IMG/VR virus record: IMGVR_UViG_3300044213_000170
Span: 64,001 to 128,000 of that record
Length of the DNA: 64,000 bases
Reading direction: 5' to 3' (one strand)
From: a virus
The position numbers and the translations under genes were made by a program. Shown in pieces: positions 9,425 to 17,860 of this stretch; position 1 is the stretch's first letter, and each line of letters starts with the position of its first letter. The notes under the pieces are model-generated. The model was not told the DNA's origin. It did not search any database and was given only the letters and a program-made list of their open reading frames with translations.

Positions 9425-10783
9425 TCATTTTTTGTCAATTAACTTTTGCAAATCTTCTGCCATTCTGTCCAGCACATCATAATTATGCATTCGATCTTGC
9501 CAATATGTAGTTATATCATTGTACAAACCGCTTTGTGTTCCGTATTCGCCCCATCGCCAATCACTACCGTCATATGGGACATATACCCAACACGTTTTAC
9601 CTAATGCACCTGCTAAATGAATCGGTGCACTGTCAATGCTAATTATTAAATCAAGCTGATCTAAAAATTTTGCAGTATCGTTAAAGTCAATTAACTTGGG
9701 TGTAACATCGATTATATTTAATTTACTACGAGCGACTTCTCCTTTGTCAATTATGTTAGCTTGTAGACTAACATAAGTAATGTCTTTAGGAAAATGGTCA
9801 AACATACTCAATGTCAAACTTCTATTTTTGTCATTGATATGTCTGGGATTACCTCGCCACGCTAACCCGACTTTAAATCCTGCGGGCAACTGTGGTACGT
9901 CACAATCTGCGGCCTCGAGATAAGCAGGAGGACTACCCCACCCGGTTTCTACTCCCAACGCATAAGGTATACTCATTTGGTATAACCAAAAATCGTATTT
10001 ACTAGGATCAATATTTTCGTAATCGCTAGTAATAGTTACGTTTTCACAAGTGTTGGAATTTTTAAATAATTTTTCTAACGCTTGTTCACACCCATAAGTC
10101 ACGTGACTTGCTACCTTACTCAAGGGTTCTAAATATCTAAAGAATTGAAGTCCGTCGCCGAACCCTTGCTCTTTACTGACAAATATCCTGGCACCTTTAA
10201 TGCTTTCTGGGTTGCCGTCCCATAAGGGTAATCTCCCCTTAACGTAACGGTCACTAAATTTTTCAGGTTCTGTTCGAAGATTCCTGTTTTCGTGCAATCT
10301 CCAGCCATCTTTAAAATTGCCAAGCCTTAATTCCACCAATCCCCAATCAAACCAAGATTTATAATGATCGGGCATTATATCTACTGCTTTTTTGTAATAA
10401 GGGATAGATTCTTTTTGTTTATGCATTCTGGATAATGCATATCCGATATTTGTGTAAAACTCAGGAACATTGTTATTGATACGAGACCCACGAGTCAACA
10501 TGTCGATGGCTTCTATATATCTGCAATTTTGTAATAACAGATATGCATACGAAAACATAAAGTTATAACATTGTGGGTGTTTTTCGTTCTGTATCAAAAT
10601 TTTAAAAATTTGTTCGGCCTTAACATAGTCTTGATCGGTTAATGCTTGTTTAGCCTCGATATACATATCTTCAGGGGTTTTTATCTGACTTTTAAGATTG
10701 TCAGAAATAGCTGCTCCGGCTTGATTAATGGCTTTGATTATTTGGTCAATATACGGTTGAATATCTGTCACTTGAATCTCCAA
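9425..10783 (-). CDS. TPR-repeat protein with C-terminal glycosyltransferase-like (GT9-type) domain
   Basis: TPR helices, EQGFGDGLQF, VGLAWRG, LDLIISIDSAPIHLAGALG, DWRW. Confidence 0.85.
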   Translation of the reverse strand: MEIQVTDIQPYIDQIIKAINQAGAAISDNLKSQIKTPEDMYIEAKQALTDQDYVKAEQIFKILIQNEKHPQCYNFMFSYAYLLLQNCRYIEAIDMLTRGSRINNNVPEFYTNIGYALSRMHKQKESIPYYKKAVDIMPDHYKSWFDWGLVELRLGNFKDGWRLHENRNLRTEPEKFSDRYVKGRLPLWDGNPESIKGARIFVSKEQGFGDGLQFFRYLEPLSKVASHVTYGCEQALEKLFKNSNTCENVTITSDYENIDPSKYDFWLYQMSIPYALGVETGWGSPPAYLEAADCDVPQLPAGFKVGLAWRGNPRHINDKNRSLTLSMFDHFPKDITYVSLQANIIDKGEVARSKLNIIDVTPKLIDFNDTAKFLDQLDLIISIDSAPIHLAGALGKTCWVYVPYDGSDWRWGEYGTQSGLYNDITTYWQDRMHNYDVLDRMAEDLQKLIDKK

Positions 10784-10837
10784 TACAATTTATATTTACT
10801 TTTTTTAAATTCGACTCAAATCATATTAAATAGTTTT

Positions 10838-11116
10838 ATGTCAAAAGATCGAATCCCAATAAACTTACGTCGCAGAGTCTTAGAACGAGACGGGCCGCAT
10901 TGTGTTTATTGTGATGAGGATTTAACTGACAAAGAAATACATATGGACCATGTAATACCCGAATCACAAGGAGGTCCTACAACATATAGCAATTTACAAG
11001 TTACTTGTCGTAAATGTAATTTAGCCAAAGGCATATTAACCGAAGACGAGTTTGTTACCAGATTGAGAAATAGAGCTTGGAATATTCTCAATCGATTAGG
11101 CACACCAAAAAATTAA
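10838..11116 (+). CDS. HNH endonuclease (likely start MSKDRI at 10838)
   Basis: RDGPHCVYC...DHVIP..GG...NLQVTCRKCN. Confidence 0.85.
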   Translation: MSKDRIPINLRRRVLERDGPHCVYCDEDLTDKEIHMDHVIPESQGGPTTYSNLQVTCRKCNLAKGILTEDEFVTRLRNRAWNILNRLGTPKN

Positions 11117-11745
11117 GGTTGCTGAATAATTATATCTTTATACTTTTCTTTAAAAGTAATAAAATCTGGATTGCTAGGCAAAATTAAACTAAACAATACT
11201 CGCGTAGATTCGATATTTTCTACACTATGATATGTTTGCACATCAAATGAATGCCAAGTATTGTACGGCAAACACACATCAAAATTTCGTGTAAGTTGGT
11301 CGTAAGTAAGATTCTCAGCAGCTGTCAAGTCGGTTCCTTTTCGTTTTTCATTAAAGAAACAAGTTCGAACATTGTCGCCGCCTGTTTGTAGAATATAATT
11401 AATGCTAACTTTACGTGCCCTGTCACAATGTGGTGGGCTTTCGGCTAGTCTATCACCATATGTATTTGATAAGTTTGCTACTACGGCTTTAACTTCCTCG
11501 CCGAAAAATACACTATAAATATTTCGAATTTCTTGTTGTAGCTGGTCCGGTATGGGTACTCTACCATATGCTACACTTATCGAATGAATCTCATTGCTGT
11601 GAAATTCTTCTAACCATTTTTGTCCTTCCGAATCCGGCGGAATTGCCATTGCGAATTTAGTAAGTTGGTCAGATATTTCAGTGGACAAAGGAGGCAAATT
11701 TAAATATACCAGAAGGTTGTTCATTTTTGCCGCCACCATACTCAA
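11113..11745 (-). CDS. Hypothetical protein, possibly 2OG-Fe(II) oxygenase-like
   Basis: PHCD...HSV...R pattern. Confidence 0.5.
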   Translation of the reverse strand: MSMVAAKMNNLLVYLNLPPLSTEISDQLTKFAMAIPPDSEGQKWLEEFHSNEIHSISVAYGRVPIPDQLQQEIRNIYSVFFGEEVKAVVANLSNTYGDRLAESPPHCDRARKVSINYILQTGGDNVRTCFFNEKRKGTDLTAAENLTYDQLTRNFDVCLPYNTWHSFDVQTYHSVENIESTRVLFSLILPSNPDFITFKEKYKDIIIQQP

Positions 11746-12308
11746 ATTAGATTTTCATTTTGCAAAATATCAACGATATTTTTGATCAATTCAATTTCAG
11801 TGCGGACATTCAATTCCAACACTTTATCATTGATACTTTGCTTTTCCTTTTTAAGTCCTAGCATTTCCTTACGGAATGCGTCAATATCTGCTTGGTCCAA
11901 GACCCCGGTGCTAACAGTGTCATGGTAACCGTATACACGGCTTGACTTCTCAGAAGATGCAATCTTTTGCAACTTACCTGCAACTACATCAAGATGCTCA
12001 GCAACTTCGCCTTCAACAAAACCTTTAAGGTGGCCGATGCGCTTATCGATATACGCAGCTTGTGTGAGCAGATCGCTTACACCGCTTTCAACATTGGCAC
12101 GACCAACGGCACTGCGGATTGCATATAGCGCCTTTGTCAGCTCGTTGCGGCGAGTATCCCCTTGTAATACTTGTGCCCGAGCGGCAACTAGTTCGATCCC
12201 TGGATTTTGGAATTCATTGATCGAAATCGAAGTCTTAACTTCGACGGTCTTGATTTGATCTTGAATTGCAGTTTGCAGTGCATTTGCTTTGCGAAGTGTG
12301 ATTTTCAT
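11742..12308 (-). CDS. Hypothetical helical protein (likely start MKITLRK at 12308)
   Basis: SD AAGGA upstream of the ATG at 12308. Confidence 0.75.
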   Translation of the reverse strand: MKITLRKANALQTAIQDQIKTVEVKTSISINEFQNPGIELVAARAQVLQGDTRRNELTKALYAIRSAVGRANVESGVSDLLTQAAYIDKRIGHLKGFVEGEVAEHLDVVAGKLQKIASSEKSSRVYGYHDTVSTGVLDQADIDAFRKEMLGLKKEKQSINDKVLELNVRTEIELIKNIVDILQNENLI

Positions 12309-12871
12309 TTGATATTCCTTTTTGTAAAAAACAGTGAGTGTATGGCAAGTAAATAGCCGGACAATGTGCAATAAACATTATCAGGACCATTACAGCCGCT
12401 GTCGATAAGACAATGTGCAAAAGACAGTGATCTTAATTTTTCCAGGGTCAACAAACAAGGCTTTCGCCGTAATATAAAGCTGGGTCACTAAGATACGAGA
12501 GTAGTCATTAAAAGCCCTTTTCAAGAGGATTTTAACGTTTCGCTATCCCTAATCTCCACACACTAACCGGCTAGTTTTTAAAAACTAGCAAAATTTAATA
12601 ATCATAGTATATACTATAAAGTGTTAAGTTCATAATATTTTGGTTAAATTGATATCAATTTAACCAAATATAGGATTTGCAAGTAGTTCCGCCTCCCTCA
12701 TTCGGAACCATTTTACCAGTATTTTCTGTGAAGCCCGGGACTGGTTAGAGGTACGTATTAACAATAGTTACTTGAAGTTAATGTCGGTATCCCGATGCAT
12801 TTCTTCTCACAAGGTTTTCGACGCCTTGCTTTCACTACATATACACTTGCAAAATTTGTTGGTTTATTAAA

Positions 12872-12997
12872 CCATATAAAAATACACTCAATATCAGTTC
12901 CTTGCTGGCACAAAGATCCTTTCGCCCCTGCCAGGGGACCGAAGTAGTTACCGCTTTTAGGCACGGCACTTGCCCCGTCAAGCATACTTTTATATGG
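12872..12997 (-). ncRNA. Stem-bracketed small RNA, unit A
   Basis: 17-bp terminal stem CCAUAUAAAAGUAUGCU/AGUGUAUUUUUAUAUGG; G-U pairs work only on the minus strand. Confidence 0.55.
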
Positions 12998-13158
12998 CAA
13001 CAAACTAATGCGATGGGATTCGAACCCAACCCTGCTCCCCTTTCGGCAATTCATCCACCCCTGCAAGGGTTTCAACTCTGCGTACTCGCTTCGCTGTGCT
13101 ACCAGCACACCACACAACCTGTCACAATCCATTGCAGTGTCTTGTGAGCAGTCTTGTA

Positions 13159-13246
13159 CCATATAGAAACACACTACCTACGCTCTCAGTCGTAGCCCAC
13201 CCGTGGAACCTTCGATCAACTCCGGCCTAAGTGTGTTTTTATATGG
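13159..13246 (-). ncRNA. Stem-bracketed small RNA, unit B
   Basis: Stem CCAUAUAAAAACACACU/AGUGUGUUUCUAUAUGG. Confidence 0.55.
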
Positions 13247-13462
13247 TTAGTTCAAAGTCCCGATACAGGCATGACCCATATGACACTTTTTATCCGCTTA
13301 ACCGAGCCGGTGCGTTATTCACGGTGCGGCAAAATTAAGTTTCAGAACTAGCATATTTCTGGTCTGGGACTCGAACCCAGTGCGTGAACGGCTTCGCTTC
13401 AGGTAACGTTACCTCCTTAGCACTTACTAACACAGGTTAATTAAGCCAACTATTAAAGTTAC

Positions 13463-13549
13463 TGGTGAGACAGGTGGGGATCGAACCCACACGGGCATAA
13501 AGCCGCCAGATTAAAAGTCTGGTACCGCAACCATTTCGGTGTCTGTCCC
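13463..13549 (-). tRNA. tRNA-Lys(TTT) with atypical long variable arm
   Basis: Anticodon arm CCAGA-CTTTTAA-TCTGG, about 15-nt variable region, CCA. Confidence 0.8.
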
Positions 13550-13553
13550 ATAT

Positions 13554-13628
13554 TGGTCCTTGCTCAGAGAATCGAACTCTGTTTTTCCGGGTAAGAGCCG
13601 GGTACTTCGCCAGCAAAGTTTAGCAAGG
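13554..13628 (-). tRNA. tRNA-Lys(CTT), atypical
   Basis: Loop CTCTTAC, T-arm, CCA; non-standard position 8. Confidence 0.75.
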
Positions 13629-13723
13629 ATGGCTTGTATTAAAATTATCTTTAATGTCTCACAACTTATTAAAGAGTTCTTTAATGTGCCATCCCAAGAC
13701 CAATACGGAGTCTAAGGATGACA

Positions 13724-13747
13724 CTATCGTTTCGTTGAACGTTTCAT
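13724..13747 (-). promoter_or_regulatory. Mini leader ORF MKRSTKR-UAG followed by a hairpin (13686-13724)
   Basis: SD AAGGA, ATG at 13747, TAG at 13724-13726; sigma70-like promoter at 13775-13803. Confidence 0.6.
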
Positions 13748-13854
13748 GTCATTTCCTTTTGCGTTAAAAATATTATTATACAACTATCATGGTCAGTTGT
13801 CAACCGAATTTGTATGTGTTGTTTTCGCACAACACATAAAGCGGGGTCTGTTCT

Positions 13855-14226
13855 TTACTTCTTCAATGATTCTATTGTAGTAAGCAATTCCCTCCATAGC
13901 TTACTAGGATTTTCACCCTTATTAAAATCCATCAATGCCATATAAGTTTCTTGACTACCTTCTGGAATCTTGAAATAGATATTAGCATAGGTGTAATCAA
14001 AATCATCGTCTGCATCATGGCTGTACCATGGGTGTTCTGACATCTCATCAAAAACATCTTCATAGTCTTCACGGTTACCGCCACCATTACGTGTATGAAC
14101 AACAATGAAACCATCTTCCATATAGACATTACGAAAACGACCAAAGTCAGCCTTCGTCTTGCCTAACAAGGACAATAGCTTGTCACTGTCAGGATTCATT
14201 CCAAAAACTAGATTATACAATGACAT
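13855..14226 (-). CDS. Hypothetical protein
   Basis: SD AAGGAG, 123 aa, TRNGGGNR motif. Confidence 0.8.
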   Translation of the reverse strand: MSLYNLVFGMNPDSDKLLSLLGKTKADFGRFRNVYMEDGFIVVHTRNGGGNREDYEDVFDEMSEHPWYSHDADDDFDYTYANIYFKIPEGSQETYMALMDFNKGENPSKLWRELLTTIESLKK

Positions 14227-14245
14227 ATTGTCTCCTTTGTAAATG

Positions 14246-14321
14246 TGGTAGGTCTTACTGGAATCGAACCGGTGGTCTTCACCGTGTCATGGTGACGATT
14301 TAGCCTCTAATCTAAAGACCT
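14246..14321 (-). tRNA. tRNA-Val(GAC)
   Basis: Cloverleaf, loop ATGACAC, CCA. Confidence 0.9.
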
Positions 14322-14325
14322 ATTG

Positions 14326-14472
14326 TTAATCTAATCCGTTACCACTAGTGGATAAGGACGACTTTTGTTGTCTACGCAAAGCCTTATTAGTTTTGCGATG
14401 TGAACCTGCTTTTCTCATTAATGCTAAGGCAACGAAGCGGTTACGTTGCTTGACAATGTTTACTCGCTTCAT
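14326..14472 (-). CDS. Small basic protein (MKRVNIVKQRNRFVALALMRKAGSHRKTNKALRRQQ...)
   Basis: Manual translation, 48 aa, SD AAGGA upstream. Confidence 0.55.
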   Translation of the reverse strand: MKRVNIVKQRNRFVALALMRKAGSHRKTNKALRRQQKSSLSTSGNGLD

Positions 14473-14491
14473 TATGTTTCCTTCATTAAAT

Positions 14492-14567
14492 TGGTTGCAG
14501 AGGAGGGAATCGAACCCCCGACCTCCAGGTTATGAGCCTGGCCAGATACCGCTTCTAACACTCTGCG
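14492..14567 (-). tRNA. tRNA-Met(CAT), initiator-like
   Basis: C1:A72 mismatch, CAT anticodon, CCA. Confidence 0.88.
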
Positions 14568-14587
14568 ATTCTATTTATAAAAATACT

Positions 14588-14664
14588 TGGAGGTCTGGGT
14601 AGGATTTTAACCTACGAATCAACTGGTTTGCAATCAGTGCCATTAAACACTCTGGTACCAGACC
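14588..14664 (-). tRNA. tRNA-Cys(GCA), atypical T-loop
   Basis: Loop TTGCAAA, U73, T-loop TTAAAAT. Confidence 0.8.
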
Positions 14665-14670
14665 ATAAAA

Positions 14671-14740
14671 CTATTATGAAACACACTAACCCGCTTGGCT
14701 ACCCTAAAAAGGACCGCGCTTCCAATGCGTTTTACAATAG
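14671..14740 (-). ncRNA. Stem-bracketed small RNA, unit D
   Basis: Stem CUAUUGUAAAACGCAUU/AGUGUGUUUCAUAAUAG. Confidence 0.5.
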
Positions 14741-15635
14741 TGCCTAAGGTTGAGATTACACCTTAAGCCAACAGCACCTCGAGCATTATAGTACGCCTTG
14801 CGAGCATACCTTCTCTCGACATCCACATAAGCCATTGCTGTACCTATGTCTGCTATCAGCATCGCCGTTTTAAGTCAGGCAGTAGACTTGACATCATATG
14901 CTATTCTACGCTTTCTATCCCGTTGAACTTGCGGTCCATTAAGCCTTGCGAGCTACGAAACTTCTTGCATAAACAGTTTTTACCTTGCGAGTTACGACTG
15001 ACTGAATTACCTTGCGGCTCCAGTATTAGATGCTTTTCACATATGACCGAGGCAGTCTTTGCATTTTAATCGTTAATTGGATTTGAACCAATAGTCGACT
15101 CCTTAACAGGGAGTTGCGTTACCATTACGCTATAACAACCTACTGCGATGAGCTGCCTCTGTTGCTACACAATCTTTTGGACTGCATAATACAACTCACC
15201 ACGTACCTTTTGTCTTGCGGACTACTCAGTCGTCTTTTGCGATCATTGTCGGGTCTCGGCTTTCGCGTACCTCCAACAACCACTCAAACTGCATACAAGC
15301 CCTTAGGTGCAACCCCTTGGACAAGTATACTACCCTTTCTCATACCAAATAACTGAATTGGTTTCGTAGTGAAGTCAGCACCACCTGTTACTTTCCATCT
15401 ACTCAAGTTCCCATCCGTCGAAACTTCAGGCTTGTAAGCAGACGTTCTTTCCACTACATTCAGCGTCTCTGTTACCACCACCGGTCTTATCAGTGATGGG
15501 CACCTCGCGGTGCTGAGCAGGCTTGTTTATCTGAACTATTACTAGCGGACTTATGTAGGCATACATCCTTTGGCTCCATCGCTGGAGTTATTCTTCGTAA
15601 ACGGCAAGCCGCCTACAGGACAATAAACTGCCCTA
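14740..15635 (-). ncRNA. Large structured ncRNA, probably GOLLD-type
   Basis: About 900 nt without a credible ORF inside a tRNA array; many CGCAAG (GNRA) hairpins; 3' hairpin containing GUAAUCUCA; family assigned from recall, not from a search. Confidence 0.65.
15068..15139 (-). tRNA. tRNA-Asn(GTT)-like cloverleaf embedded in the large ncRNA, no CCA
   Basis: GTTGTTA/TAACGAT acceptor, D-arm GCGT-AATGGTA-ACGC, ACTCC-CTGTTAA-GGAGT, T-loop TTCAAAT. Confidence 0.65.
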
Positions 15636-15845
15636 AAATCTTGTTTGTTCTGTGTCTTGCACTATTTGCCTAACTCAACAGCTTTACTCGAGTTTACTGT
15701 TTATTGCGTCGGTTACATAACGCTTGATCATGCCTCTGTGCTTGCAAGGCACAGAACAAACAAGATTTACAAAATTTACTTTTTAAAGAACAAACTTAGT
15801 TAATTTCTAACTAAGAATCTATTGTAGCAAATTATATAAAATTTG

Positions 15846-16022
15846 TCAACCTATGGGGCTTTTGACGATCCAGCCCAGTGCATGTAAGTTCAAGAAAGTA
15901 CTCCACATAGTCATTGCAAACAATCCGATTTTTACAACAATGTTTAACCAGCCCCTGGTGCTCCAGCGCACCAAGAAATAGGTAAAGATCATGCCCGACA
16001 CAGCGAAATACCAGTTAATCAT
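15846..16022 (-). CDS. Small membrane protein (MINWYFAVSGMIFTYFLVRW...)
   Basis: Manual translation, 58 aa, two hydrophobic segments, own sigma70-like promoter. Confidence 0.55.
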   Translation of the reverse strand: MINWYFAVSGMIFTYFLVRWSTRGWLNIVVKIGLFAMTMWSTFLNLHALGWIVKSPIG

Positions 16023-16094
16023 TTGAAAGCGCCTTTAGTTAATCAATACGAATATTATAGTCCCAAAACGATTTATAGTCAACTTGGTTTTATA

Positions 16095-16130
16095 TAGTAC
16101 TAAAGTACTAGTACTAGTACTTTAGTACTA
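16095..16130. repeat. Perfect 36-bp palindrome built from five AGTACT units
   Basis: TAGTACTAAAGTACTAGTACTAGTACTTTAGTACTA is its own reverse complement. Confidence 0.9.
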
Positions 16131-16135
16131 AATTT

Positions 16136-16210
16136 TGGCCCGGCGTACAGGAATCGAACCCATATTCGTGGTGTAGAAGACCACTGTATTATCCATTATA
16201 CTAACGCCGG
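16136..16210 (-). tRNA. tRNA-Arg(TCT)
   Basis: Cloverleaf, loop CTTCTAC, CCA. Confidence 0.92.
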
Positions 16211-16214
16211 ATTC

Positions 16215-16290
16215 TGGTGGTCGGAAGAGCACTCGAAGCTCCACATTCCTCCTTATGAGGGAGGCTCTCTTCCTCTTAAGATATCCGACC
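16215..16290 (-). tRNA. tRNA-CAT (Met or Ile2)
   Basis: Loop CTCATAA, CCA. Confidence 0.85.
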
Positions 16291-16472
16291 ATAATATTTG
16301 TTAAGCTGGCTCACTTTGAGCACCTTCGTCCTCCACGGACGCTAGTCTTATGCCATCCTTGTTGAATCAGTCTCCGCAGGGCCCATTGGCTACCTATCAA
16401 CAATTCATCGCGTCCCTTGCTCGTACCCGTCGGTAATTACTCAGGCTTTCGTTTAAACTACAGCTTAACAAA

Positions 16473-16580
16473 TATCATATAGAAACACACTGGTGTCCTT
16501 GCTCCTCCAGGATGACACTCCTGTCCAAATGAGGTTTATGACCGGCTTGTCGATCAGCAACAATGTGTTTTTATATGATA
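16473..16580 (-). ncRNA. Stem-bracketed small RNA, unit C
   Basis: Stem UAUCAUAUAAAAACACAUU/AGUGUGUUUCUAUAUGAUA. Confidence 0.55.
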
Positions 16581-16744
16581 TCGAAGATGGGAATCGAACC
16601 CACTAACTACCGGTGCGATGCCGGTTGTGCTACGCTCATTATACAACAAGTTTGTTCCGTTTGCAACCGGACTCGCTATATAACTTGGCACTAACTTTCC
16701 ATGTCGTTTTCTTCATTACCATATAGAATGTGTTTTTATATAAG

Positions 16745-16822
16745 TGGAGCACAGGGAGGGATTTGAACCCCCGGTTTTAGGGATTTGCAATCCCTTGCAT
16801 TGGGCCACTCTGCCACCTGTGC
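16745..16822 (-). tRNA. tRNA-Cys(GCA)
   Basis: Cloverleaf, U73, CCA. Confidence 0.93.
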
Positions 16823-16830
16823 ATATTTTA

Positions 16831-16906
16831 TGGTAGCGACGGTGGGACTCGAACCCACGATAAACTCCGTATGAAGGAGGTACATTAGCCGCTATGCTAA
16901 ATCACT
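16831..16906 (-). tRNA. tRNA-Met(CAT), elongator-like
   Basis: Loop TTCATAC, CCA. Confidence 0.85.
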
Positions 16907-16913
16907 ATATTTT

Positions 16914-16989
16914 TGGTGCCGCCTCCCGGGATCGAACCAGGTTCCATGGATTTTCAATCCACCGCAATGACCACATTTGCTAAAGCGGC
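16914..16989 (-). tRNA. tRNA-Phe(GAA)
   Basis: Cloverleaf, CCA. Confidence 0.93.
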
Positions 16990-17148
16990 AATGTAGATCG
17001 GGAGCCTAACTATCCTCCTGGGAGGACTCGCTAGATTGTCTCGAATAGGCAAGTTTATCTACCACGAATAGCCATCTGTTGTTGTCGCATAGCTAAGTCA
17101 CTATGCTAGGCTAGGTGGGACTCAAACCTATCGTCTATCCCTTAAACT

Positions 17149-17223
17149 TGGGGTATCGTACCAGGATCGAACTGGTGATAGCGGAATCACAACCCGCGGT
17201 TTTACCACTAAACTAACGACACC
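17149..17223 (-). tRNA. tRNA-His(GTG)
   Basis: G-1:C73, loop TTGTGAT, CCA. Confidence 0.93.
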
Positions 17224-17231
17224 ATATCAAT

Positions 17232-17308
17232 TGGCGCGACTGGAGAGATTCGAACTCCCGACACCTGACTTCGTAGGCCAGTACTCTATCCAACTGAGCT
17301 ACAGTCGC
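17232..17308 (-). tRNA. tRNA-Arg(ACG)
   Basis: Cloverleaf, CCA. Confidence 0.95.
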
Positions 17309-17314
17309 AAAAAA

Positions 17315-17391
17315 TGGCCCGCCCTGACGGACTCGAACCGCCAACAACTGATTTCGAAGACCAGGACTCTATCCAGTTGAGCTAAAGGCGG
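17315..17391 (-). tRNA. tRNA-Arg(TCG)
   Basis: Cloverleaf, loop CTTCGAA, CCA. Confidence 0.93.
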
Positions 17392-17400
17392 TCTAAATAT

Positions 17401-17475
17401 TGGCAGGGGGTTAGGGAATCGAACCCTATCACCTACGGTCAAAGCGTAGTATCTGCTCCAATCGATTTACCCCCA
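17401..17475 (-). tRNA. tRNA-Gln(TTG)
   Basis: Loop CTTTGAC, unpaired 1:72, CCA. Confidence 0.85.
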
Positions 17476-17559
17476 ACTGATCTGAAGTGTTGCTTATTCT
17501 ATACAATGTACAATATAAGCAACAGTTTGTTGGTCTCGCATAATGCGAATTATAAAACT

Positions 17560-17636
17560 TGGCGACCCCGGATGGATTTGAACCACCGACATTTGGTTTT
17601 GGAGACCAACGTTCTGCCAGACTGAACTACGGAGCC
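17560..17636 (-). tRNA. tRNA-Trp(CCA)
   Basis: Loop CTCCAAA, G73, D-stem GTTC/GAAC, CCA. Confidence 0.95.
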
Positions 17637-17643
17637 ATTAAAT

Positions 17644-17734
17644 TGGCGGAGGGCTAGAGAGTCGAACTCTAAAGGCGCTATTAACGCTCGGCGGTTTTCA
17701 AGACCGTTACCGTCACCAATCGGCTTGGCCCTCC
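17644..17734 (-). tRNA. tRNA-Ser(TGA)
   Basis: Long variable arm, loop CTTGAAA, CCA. Confidence 0.9.
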
Positions 17735-17860
17735 ATTTTGTGATTGTCGTTACGGGGTTTACCGTACCTGAAACTAGTCCCACCGCTTGCCAATCTTACT
17801 GAATGGACCTATAGACTTATGTGGCGCTTCCGTGCATTCTCATTACACTATGACAAAACT

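Noticed and set aside
12310-12600. Riboswitch in the long leader with duplicated GACAATGTGCAA
   Set aside because: The repeat is real, but I recognise no aptamer or expression platform
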